Made by a program: the position numbers and the translations under genes. Below the pieces are notes generated by a model. The model searched no databases. It saw nothing but the letters and a program-made list of their open reading frames with translations, and was not told the origin of the DNA. A stretch of DNA of 64,000 bases from an uncultured virus (IMG/VR IMGVR_UViG_3300027969_000094). Taxonomy: Duplodnaviria > Heunggongvirae > Uroviricota > Caudoviricetes. Location: IMG/VR virus record IMGVR_UViG_3300027969_000094; one strand, written 5' to 3'. This document shows, piece by piece, positions 56,513 through 64,000 of the stretch (positions are counted from its first letter, which is position 1; each line of letters opens with the position of its first letter).

Positions 56513-56965
56513 TTAAGTATTGCCAGTGCAAAGAACCATTTGGCTTGCAGCCCAAGGAGCGTCAGGATTACCGTTGCCGCCGTACTCAACAGCATAGCCA
56601 GCAGGTAAAACAACGCCATCTGCGTCCAAGTTAACACGTTGGAATACGCCAGCAGATGTCTGATAACCAGCTAAAACGTGGGCAACTGCGCCATAGTTCA
56701 AAATAAAACCACGTAGACCAGCATAGTTAGGATCTGCGTTAGTAATGCTAAAGGCTTGACCGTTGGTTGTCTGTACTAAAGGCAAAGTTAAAGTAACTTC
56801 ACTAGCAGGACCGCCATCAGCAGGTGAAAGAATAAGGACTTGTGAACCAGCAGTAATAGGAATTACGTTGCTGTATTGGGCAGCTAACGCTGAAGTAATG
56901 TAAATAATAGGCTGTGCAAAACCGTTAAGCGATCTGACGGGGCCTGTAAAAGTGGTAAATGCCAT
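56513..56965 (-). CDS. Probable capsid-associated protein (MAFTTFTGPVRSLNGF)
   Basis: AAGGA RBS before ATG 56965; directly after major capsid. Confidence 0.65.
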   Translation of the reverse strand: MAFTTFTGPVRSLNGFAQPIIYITSALAAQYSNVIPITAGSQVLILSPADGGPASEVTLTLPLVQTTNGQAFSITNADPNYAGLRGFILNYGAVAHVLAGYQTSAGVFQRVNLDADGVVLPAGYAVEYGGNGNPDAPWAASQMVLCTGNT

Positions 56966-56974
56966 GATAAATTT

Positions 56975-57050
56975 TCCTTCATACAAAGTTCAGCTTATTA
57001 GTCTTGTATGCGTCTGCTGGGGCAGTCTAATAAGCGGGTAACACCCAGAT
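56975..57050 (-). ncRNA. Candidate structured cis-regulatory RNA (pseudoknotted)
   Basis: 9-bp stem GCUUAUUAG/CUAAUAAGC, inner hairpin, loop CAUACAA complementary to UUGUAUG next to the RBS. Confidence 0.55.
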
Positions 57051-57070
57051 ATTTAAATCTTACTACAAAT

Positions 57071-57100
57071 AAAACAAAAAGGGGGGATTTCTCCCCCCAA
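57071..57100 (-). terminator. Terminator after major capsid gene
   Basis: gggggga-gaaa-tcccccc followed by TTTTTGTTTT. Confidence 0.85.
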
Positions 57101-57103
57101 TTT

Positions 57104-58012
57104 TTAGGCTCCTTGGGAACCCCACATACCTAGTGGATCTGACCAGCCAAAGCTATAACGCTCACGAGACTTGTAACGTACGTTACCTGTATCGAAGTCA
57201 CCATCCATAGAATTCTGGAGTGGTGTACGAACGAAATGCTTCATACCGTTTGGAACATCAGTTGTCAAGAACCATGCGTTTGTGTCGGTCAAGAAGTGGT
57301 TAATTGTGTAACCTTCTGGAATCGAGCCATTGTTCTTAATTGCGTTGATGTCGTTATCAGCTGTACCAACACGCAGTTCAGTTTCGAGCAAACGAGTTGC
57401 AACGAACTGTAATGATGGAGGGACAATCATCTTCTTAGGTTTAGCAGCGATCAACAATGAACGCTCGTCAGTCCACAAAGAGATTTGAATAACAGCGGCT
57501 TCCAAAGAAGTCTCATTCAAGTCTGATGGGGTTGCTGGGATGTTACTGTTGGTACCACCAGAAACCAATGGGTGATCGTTAGCAAACAATGCAACACCGT
57601 CACCACCTGGGTAGCTAGCGTTAAAGCCATTGTTGATAACAGCAGCACCACGAACTTGCTTGGTATACGCCATGGAACGAGCTAAAGCCTTGGTATAACG
57701 AGCAGACAATGAGTCATACAAGTTATCTTCAATTGCTTCTTCGGTCAGAGAGAAACCCTGAGCGATCGTTACGTGTGTATAGCGAGCAGTCCATGCTTCT
57801 TGCCCGTTGTCATAAGCGATTGCGGAGCCTTCGTTTTTAACTGGGGCAGCACTAAAGCCAGACAATTTGGTTTCTTCTTCGAAGGAACGCTCAGAGGATT
57901 CAGTTTCGTAAATCTCGTTAGTTTCTTCACCATACTTTGCATACTCAAGTCCGAACAATGCGTTCAAGCCTGGGAGCAACTCTTTCAGTAGTTGTGCGCG
58001 TGAAATAGCCAT
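57104..58012 (-). CDS. Major capsid protein
   Basis: MAISRAQLLKELLPGLNALFG..., 302 aa, biased codon use, follows portal/scaffold, ends at strong terminator. Confidence 0.85.
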   Translation of the reverse strand: MAISRAQLLKELLPGLNALFGLEYAKYGEETNEIYETESSERSFEEETKLSGFSAAPVKNEGSAIAYDNGQEAWTARYTHVTIAQGFSLTEEAIEDNLYDSLSARYTKALARSMAYTKQVRGAAVINNGFNASYPGGDGVALFANDHPLVSGGTNSNIPATPSDLNETSLEAAVIQISLWTDERSLLIAAKPKKMIVPPSLQFVATRLLETELRVGTADNDINAIKNNGSIPEGYTINHFLTDTNAWFLTTDVPNGMKHFVRTPLQNSMDGDFDTGNVRYKSRERYSFGWSDPLGMWGSQGA

Positions 58013-58025
58013 TTTTTAGCTCCTA

Positions 58026-58646
58026 TTAGGCTGCATAATCCAAGCCAGTAGCTCGGAGAATTTGCGGGTTGTTTAACTTAACTACTACTTCTGTATAACC
58101 AGCAGAAGTGGCAGTCGCTGGGACAACTTCAACAGCACGAACAGGCAGTGTTGCTGCGTTACCTGCGTTGTCAGTAGCAACAAGAACACCCGTACCAGAG
58201 TTACCAGTGGTTGTATCACCAGTACCTTGGTCAATTGCCATGTTTACACCAACAATGCTTTGGTTAACTGTAGTAACAACGCTATTTGCGTATACAACAG
58301 CTACTTTAAAAGCAGCCATAGGATCGTCAACTACATAAGCAATAGCGTCAGTAACGCTGGTGCCTGGATAGTATTGAGCCTGTACTGTTTGACTTTGACC
58401 ATTTACATACTGACAACCCATAAATACACCATAGGTGTAATTAGCAGCTGAAGTTGTAGAGTCATTTGTAACGCCTGATTTTGCAATAGTGCCACCATCA
58501 ACTATAGCCACAATATCCCCGTAGAAAATCGCAGTATTGTAATTACTTGCGATTGGCAACTGACGGGTTGCACCAGCGTAGGGTTTACCATCCACGCTGT
58601 TGATTGGGCGTAAGCCGTAGGGAGCATTAACGGTTGGATAAGCCAT
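58026..58646 (-). CDS. Capsid decoration/cement-like protein
   Basis: Directly upstream of MCP; APYGLRP..., IFYGD, GVFMGC.Y, VVDDP motifs. Confidence 0.6.
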   Translation of the reverse strand: MAYPTVNAPYGLRPINSVDGKPYAGATRQLPIASNYNTAIFYGDIVAIVDGGTIAKSGVTNDSTTSAANYTYGVFMGCQYVNGQSQTVQAQYYPGTSVTDAIAYVVDDPMAAFKVAVVYANSVVTTVNQSIVGVNMAIDQGTGDTTTGNSGTGVLVATDNAGNAATLPVRAVEVVPATATSAGYTEVVVKLNNPQILRATGLDYAA

Positions 58647-58669
58647 TTGAATCTCCTAAAATTAAAAAA

Positions 58670-59119
58670 TTAACCACCTTTGCCAAAGCTACTTGTAGTT
58701 TTACCTTCATTGAAGATAGGCATACGAGGATCACTTTGACGCATAAGAGTGTTCTCTACAGCATTCATTTGAGCATCTGATTGTTTAGCATAATGTGCAT
58801 TGCGCTGGTCAACGAACTCAAGTGGAGTCTTGCAAAGTAACAAACCACCGACCTCAATATTGTCCTTAAAGCGACTATTGGGATCAGCTAGCAGTTGAAA
58901 TTTGGGTTGCTCTTCTAGTCTTACAGGTTCCCATCCTTCTCTTAACTTCGCTGAGAGGTTGCGAGGATCGGCCTGATTAAGGGTAGAAACACGAATCCAT
59001 CTGTAGGCATATCCAGCTTGCTTATCGGGTTCAGGGAGAAGCTCAGGTTGCGACCACTGCTTTGGGCGCTCTGACTGGGTACGACTTTCTAATTCTCTTT
59101 GTAATCTGTTTGTTGCCAT
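58670..59119 (-). CDS. Conserved head-module hypothetical protein
   Basis: GGAGG RBS; YRWIR...LREGWEPV...VGGLLLCK. Confidence 0.7.
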   Translation of the reverse strand: MATNRLQRELESRTQSERPKQWSQPELLPEPDKQAGYAYRWIRVSTLNQADPRNLSAKLREGWEPVRLEEQPKFQLLADPNSRFKDNIEVGGLLLCKTPLEFVDQRNAHYAKQSDAQMNAVENTLMRQSDPRMPIFNEGKTTSSFGKGG

Positions 59120-59120
59120 G

Positions 59121-60098
59121 TTAGGCCTCCAATTTATTAAGTTCACGGGCATACTGCTCAGGGCTTAAGCCAAACTTTTTAGCCAAAGCCACTTGCGTTT
59201 TTGTCAATACAATCTTTTTTGAAGATGTACTGCGTCTTGCAGGCGCTACGACCGTACTCAACCTAGATGTACGTTGAGGCTTTTCTTCCTCATCGTTTTT
59301 TACTTCAATGTCGTCGAATTCTTCTGGAAAGCGACGTTGTACTTCTGTGTCAATACGTTTGAAATATTCATCCGTACCAACAAATGCTCTACCAAACTTT
59401 TCTTCAAGCTCCTCATGAATAAATACAGCATATTTACTCATTGATTTCTTGTCTGGATCAACGTACCAGGGGTTGTTTGACACCCATTCAGCAACTTTAT
59501 CATCCATCTGTGCAGGCTGCTGAGACTGCTTAGTTTGTATTTTTACATCATTTTCAGCAATTTGTACAGTAGGTTTGAAATTTTTTGCTTTGTCAAGTTT
59601 AAGTTGCGCCCGCATCATATCTTCTTGAGCTTCTGCTAATGCATCAGAATCCCCAGAATCGTACGCTTCTTTGTACGCTTTTCTTGCCTGTGCCGCTTCT
59701 AACTCAGCAGAGTTTTGGTAGCTAGAAATTAACTCTTTCTCGCCACTTTGCAGGACTTCTTTTAGACGCCGATTCTCATCTAAGATTGATTGCGCCGCTG
59801 CCAAAGCCTCTTGTTGTTCACGTAAAGCTGCTTCTTTTGCCCTACGCTCGTCATGCCAAGCTTTTTTATATTGTGTAAACTTATCCTTTACATTTTTAGA
59901 GTATTCTGCAGACGAATCAGCAGTTTCTAAGTCTTTTTTGATGTCATTAGGTAAAGGTTCTACGTTCCGATCCTCTTTAGGGGTATCGTCAACAATCTCA
60001 ACGTTTATCGAGCCTTCTTCTAATTCATCTACGGGTTTACCCTTAGTTTCTTCCATCTCGTCAGGAAATTGAAAGTCATCTTTTTGCATTTCAGCCAT
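59121..60098 (-). CDS. Probable scaffolding protein
   Basis: Acidic coiled coil, C-terminal LTKTQVALAKKFGLSPEQYA; position. Confidence 0.7.
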   Translation of the reverse strand: MAEMQKDDFQFPDEMEETKGKPVDELEEGSINVEIVDDTPKEDRNVEPLPNDIKKDLETADSSAEYSKNVKDKFTQYKKAWHDERRAKEAALREQQEALAAAQSILDENRRLKEVLQSGEKELISSYQNSAELEAAQARKAYKEAYDSGDSDALAEAQEDMMRAQLKLDKAKNFKPTVQIAENDVKIQTKQSQQPAQMDDKVAEWVSNNPWYVDPDKKSMSKYAVFIHEELEEKFGRAFVGTDEYFKRIDTEVQRRFPEEFDDIEVKNDEEEKPQRTSRLSTVVAPARRSTSSKKIVLTKTQVALAKKFGLSPEQYARELNKLEA

Positions 60099-60108
60099 GT
60101 TTTATCTC

Positions 60109-60528
60109 CTAGATAAATTTGCGTTTAATGCCGCGTGGGTCTTGTACAACAGCTTCCACGGAGTCGTCATTAATTATGCGGAACTCACGGTCATGTATAA
60201 CTAGACGTGTGCCCGCGTTTGGTCGAACCAGAATAAAGTCGCCCTTTTTGCACCAAGGCCCAGTTGGATAGCGCTCAGGATCTTTATAGCAATCTTCACC
60301 TAAGTCAACTACAAATAGAACAGTGGTTAAAAGTTCATCAGTTCTAATTAATTCATCAGGTTTAAGAATGCCAGACTCAAACTCTTTTTCAACTTCGGGA
60401 ATAGCACAAAGTATTCTGTAGCCTTTCGGTGTAGGAAGTTGTTTGGCTCTTTCTTCTACTTCTTTATTCAATATTGCACTTAAATCTACTGCTCTGGTTA
60501 AATCTACCGCTGTCTGTTGGTCACTCAT
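60109..60528 (-). CDS. GroES/Cpn10-like co-chaperonin
   Basis: P.GYRIL...SGIL...GPWCKKGD...Y/AG...RIINDD.V.AVV. Confidence 0.75.
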   Translation of the reverse strand: MSDQQTAVDLTRAVDLSAILNKEVEERAKQLPTPKGYRILCAIPEVEKEFESGILKPDELIRTDELLTTVLFVVDLGEDCYKDPERYPTGPWCKKGDFILVRPNAGTRLVIHDREFRIINDDSVEAVVQDPRGIKRKFI

Positions 60529-60718
60529 CCGAGTTCTCCATTGCTTTATTAAGGTCGGTTATGTAGTTACGTGCAGTTAGGAGACCTCTCACCTCACCAC
60601 ACACTTTTTTGTACTCGTCGTATGTCTCTACGCGACCGTCTGCGAGAGCTTCCTGGAGTTGCAAAATCTTGTCGTCAATTTGACGTTTTAATACATCGAA
60701 AGCCTTATCAGCTTGCAT
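60521..60718 (-). CDS. Small hypothetical protein
   Basis: Coupled ORF between portal and GroES-like gene. Confidence 0.7.
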   Translation of the reverse strand: MQADKAFDVLKRQIDDKILQLQEALADGRVETYDEYKKVCGEVRGLLTARNYITDLNKAMENSDE

Positions 60719-63234
60719 TATTTACCTTTCTTTGTTTGCTCCTTTTGCCTCCGAGCAATATCACGTTGATGTGCAAGGGTAGTTTGATGTTTTATCATCT
60801 CAATCCCCGCTTTACTACCTTCTATTTTCTGTGCAGCTTCGCGAGCTTCTTTATCAGTTATCGCTTTCATAGCTGCTTGTGCTCCTGCTGTTTGCTGTTG
60901 AGCTTGGATTCTCTCTCGTTCTACAGCAATTTGTTCCTGCTTAAGTTGTGCATCGACCATGTCTTTTTGGGCTTTGCGTTGCTGCTCTGCTGCTTTAATT
61001 TGTAACTCTTGTTGTTGCATTTGAATAATTGGATCTTGGGCTTGTTGCTGTGCCTGTTGAGCCTGAGCTTCTTGTTGGTTTTGCATTAACAACTGTTGAG
61101 ACGCTTGAGCTGCCATCTGTGCTACTTGATCTGCCATTTCTGGAGGCATTGGTTTAGGCTGTTCACCATCTTCAAGCATTGGAGGTAACTGCATACCCAT
61201 AGCTTGTTCAATCTGTAGGCGATATTCAAAGCCTAAATGCTCGTTGATGTGTGCCATCATTGTTAACTGCAGTTGTTGTGCCACCTGTGGGTTCATAGAC
61301 AAAATCTGTTGGATCTTTGGATCTTGCATTGCTGCCATATGAACGCCAATATGAGCTTTGTGGTTTTGCTCAATAAAAGCTTTAACAGGTTTTTGTTTCA
61401 GAATGTTTTGGTTTTCGGCGACTGGATCCATTGGAGTCATGTCCTCAGCCATCGGTACTAACTTCTGATAATTTTTGATTCCCAACACGTCTAGCATCTG
61501 ACGGTGTAATAACGGTAGATCATAGAGCTGCGGTGCTGTTTGAGCGAGTTGTAGAGCTGCTTGATACTGTACTACTTTTTGCGCCATAGTAGCCGCGTTG
61601 GGATCGGAGACTGGAAGCACGTAGACCATGTCATAGTCTGATTGCTTAGCCATACGGCTGCCTTCTACAGGCTCATAGCCATACTCATCTGGAGTGTAGT
61701 CACGGATGATGTCTTTTAATAATTGAAACTCTTGCTTCATCGAATAGTGGATACGAGCTTGTATCGCACTCATTGTCTTAAGAGTTCTTTCTAAGATTGC
61801 TAGAGTCGTTCCTACTGGAGCATTAGCGCTCATGTCAGAAGCTTGTAGCTCAGTAGAGCCAGCAAATCTGCGACCTTCTTCTACGATTGTTCCTAATAGA
61901 CTGTATAAGACTTGACTAGGTTCTTTGTAGGGAAGCGGTAACAAGTTGTCACGCATTGTCCCTGATGGAACATCTACATCACGGAACTCACCTGGGGCAA
62001 TTGGGGTGTCGTCACCTTTGATTCGCAAGCCACGGGTCTTAAAGCCACCTGGCAAGTTGCTAAGTGTTCCTGCATCCACGAGTTGCCGAATAATACTAGT
62101 ACCAGACTTAGCAAAAGCCCCGATAAGATGGATAAGCCCAAAAGCATAAAAGCCAAAGCCTGGAATGTACGGATAATGGACAAAATGGTTTCTCTTCTGA
62201 TGTGTATCATCTTCGGGTCTCCAGTTACGACGAATAGCTAGGATAGTATTAGTACCCTTTTCAATAGTTACAACATAAGGCAAGCCAATGCCTGTAGCTT
62301 CACCATCTTCGTCTTTATGTTCAAAGCCAGGAATATCTAGCTCAACATGCATCTCTAATAATTTAAAGCGATTGTCAGTAGTCGCTCTAAAGCCGAGCTT
62401 CTCTGCAATCTTCTTCTCTACCTCATCCATTACTTGGACAGGATCACCTAAATCACACTCACGATAAAAGCCCGCAGCCTGCAAGCGGCGCACATCGTTC
62501 TCTGTCTTACGCATCACATGCGTGACACGCTCAGCTGCCTCTAAACTAGAAGCTCCATAGGGGACAACTACATCTTCTGCAGGAACATACATAGATACTT
62601 GACGACCAAGACTTGGGTCAAAGTAAACTTTCTTAAACGCATTACCTGCTAAGCCCAAGCCCCACAACATGCGCTCATGCTCAGGGCGATATTCTTTCAT
62701 TACATCAGTAATCTGATAGTTCATGTCATTTTGGACACGCTCAGCTGCATCTTTTTTCTCAGGAGTTTCTTTACCAATGATCTGAGTTTTTACTGGACCT
62801 GCCGCAGGCATGGTCTCCATCATGGTTTCAGCTTGGAACTTTACTAACGCCTCAGATAGAAGTGGGTGATATACACCGCAAGCACCTTCCCATGGTTCTG
62901 TACGTTCTTCAATCTTCAAACCTAATAGTTCTAAACCGTCTACATAAGTTTGAATCCAATCTTTGCGAGAGCCAATGTCGTCTTCAAAGTCAGATGTTAA
63001 ATCTGATGCGAGGGTCTGTAATGCTTGTTCGCTAATAACTTCTGCTAAGTTTTCGTCAAACTTTTCTTCCTCTTCTTCCTCTTCTATACGTAGAATAGGT
63101 TCGCCGTCAATCCCAATCTCTACCGCTTCTGGGTCTTCAATAGTAATCTCCAGAGCTGGCTCATCACCCATCATTTCTGGATCTAATTGGTCAAGTCCTA
63201 GTGGAGCTTGCGATAACGACTTATCTATTGCCAT
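60718..63234 (-). CDS. Portal protein
   Basis: 838 aa, directly after terminase, long Gln-rich coiled-coil C-terminus as in P22-like portals. Confidence 0.85.
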   Translation of the reverse strand: MAIDKSLSQAPLGLDQLDPEMMGDEPALEITIEDPEAVEIGIDGEPILRIEEEEEEEKFDENLAEVISEQALQTLASDLTSDFEDDIGSRKDWIQTYVDGLELLGLKIEERTEPWEGACGVYHPLLSEALVKFQAETMMETMPAAGPVKTQIIGKETPEKKDAAERVQNDMNYQITDVMKEYRPEHERMLWGLGLAGNAFKKVYFDPSLGRQVSMYVPAEDVVVPYGASSLEAAERVTHVMRKTENDVRRLQAAGFYRECDLGDPVQVMDEVEKKIAEKLGFRATTDNRFKLLEMHVELDIPGFEHKDEDGEATGIGLPYVVTIEKGTNTILAIRRNWRPEDDTHQKRNHFVHYPYIPGFGFYAFGLIHLIGAFAKSGTSIIRQLVDAGTLSNLPGGFKTRGLRIKGDDTPIAPGEFRDVDVPSGTMRDNLLPLPYKEPSQVLYSLLGTIVEEGRRFAGSTELQASDMSANAPVGTTLAILERTLKTMSAIQARIHYSMKQEFQLLKDIIRDYTPDEYGYEPVEGSRMAKQSDYDMVYVLPVSDPNAATMAQKVVQYQAALQLAQTAPQLYDLPLLHRQMLDVLGIKNYQKLVPMAEDMTPMDPVAENQNILKQKPVKAFIEQNHKAHIGVHMAAMQDPKIQQILSMNPQVAQQLQLTMMAHINEHLGFEYRLQIEQAMGMQLPPMLEDGEQPKPMPPEMADQVAQMAAQASQQLLMQNQQEAQAQQAQQQAQDPIIQMQQQELQIKAAEQQRKAQKDMVDAQLKQEQIAVERERIQAQQQTAGAQAAMKAITDKEAREAAQKIEGSKAGIEMIKHQTTLAHQRDIARRQKEQTKKGK

Positions 63235-63243
63235 TTTTTATCC

Positions 63244-63999
63244 TTAATAGTACGCAGCTTTTTTGCGGTACTTATACAACATGTCATCTTCGGGTTCATC
63301 ATTCGGTAGACGTATAAAGCCACCCTGCCTGAATCTTAACAGAGCTAATGTAGTAGAGTCTACCAAGTCATCATTAGTTCCGCTAGGAAAATCGTTACAT
63401 TCCTCAATTACTTCCTTCGCCCACCTGCGGTCTGGCGCCCAGACGACCCCGCCCGAAAACAAATCTGAGACAGCATTAACACGAGCAATCTTATCTTGAC
63501 CTTTGCCAGGTGTGAATTCCCCGACTGGTATGCCCATGCGGCGTAGTTCCTGATAGAGCGCTGCCCCGTTGGACTTTTTCTCGACCATGAACGCATCTGG
63601 TTGCCATTCTTTATACTCCTCAAGTACAAGCTTCTTAAGTTCTGGAAACTCCAACCGCTTTTTAATGGAGTTAAGGAGGATAATGTTGTAATTGTTAACC
63701 TCGTCATTGAAGAATACACCCCACGTCGTAAGCGCATTGTAGTCAGCCCTATTAGTTGCTTCTTGTGCCGCGTCTAGCGACATGATCGTAAATTCACAAT
63801 CAGGTGGATCTTCCTTATCCCAAATTTTCCACCATTCCCGTTTAATCAGAGCGCCTTCTTCTGATACTGGGTTTTGCATGTACTGGGCATTCCAGTATCT
63901 TATGTCAAGTGCCGCCTTCTTTGCTAATAGCTCTTCTACAGGCCAAAATTCGGGCCAAAGTGCCTCTCCATCATCTTTAATTGCAGGAAACTCAACTAC
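63244..63999 (-). CDS. terL: Terminase large subunit, C-terminal nuclease domain (5' truncated by window)
   Basis: Frame is open to window end; AQYMQNP, SLDAA, VEKKSNG, DKIAR, FP...DDLVD. Confidence 0.9.
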   Translation of the reverse strand, partial: VVEFPAIKDDGEALWPEFWPVEELLAKKAALDIRYWNAQYMQNPVSEEGALIKREWWKIWDKEDPPDCEFTIMSLDAAQEATNRADYNALTTWGVFFNDEVNNYNIILLNSIKKRLEFPELKKLVLEEYKEWQPDAFMVEKKSNGAALYQELRRMGIPVGEFTPGKGQDKIARVNAVSDLFSGGVVWAPDRRWAKEVIEECNDFPSGTNDDLVDSTTLALLRFRQGGFIRLPNDEPEDDMLYKYRKKAAYY

Positions 64000-64000
64000 T

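Larger units (their letters stand above)
1..64000. mobile_element. Tailed dsDNA bacteriophage genome segment (podovirus-like)
   Basis: Terminase, portal, capsid, tail, lysis and replication genes in two convergent arms; no tape-measure or sheath-like gene and no host housekeeping genes recognised. Confidence 0.95.

Noticed and set aside
56997..57010. CATACAAGAC shared between P4/P5 upstream element and the capsid-downstream RNA
   Set aside because: A single 10-mer match in a different context could be chance; no flanking similarity
1..64000. tRNA genes, integrase/att site, phage RNA polymerase
   Set aside because: None recognised by eye; tRNAscan-SE and HMM searches would be needed to exclude them formally

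Overview
The window is most of the genome of a tailed dsDNA phage with a podovirus-like gene set; no host genes are evident. It has two convergent arms. The + strand arm (~0.7-26.5 kb) carries an early region of small promoter-gene-terminator cassettes with several repeated DNA motifs and an iteron-like AT-rich locus. It continues with an AAA+ ATPase/vWA-metallopeptidase module, a family A DNA polymerase (Leu762 type), a glycosyltransferase and FkbM methyltransferase, nucleases, an SNF2 helicase and a primase-helicase. The - strand arm (64.0-26.5 kb) carries terminase (truncated by the window end), portal, GroES-like protein, scaffold and major capsid. It then has a run of small basic proteins sharing an xxGG motif, neck/tail proteins, tail fibres, three tandem 2OG-Fe(II) oxygenases, a holin and GH19 endolysin, and three large probable ejection proteins (up to 2338 aa). 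No integrase, RNA polymerase, tRNA or CRISPR array was seen. The most unusual signals are non-coding: a repeated composite module and a 7-copy fixed-geometry site confined to the first 8 kb, and a probable double-pseudoknot RNA between the capsid terminator and the next gene. All product calls come from motif recognition and gene context, not from database searches.
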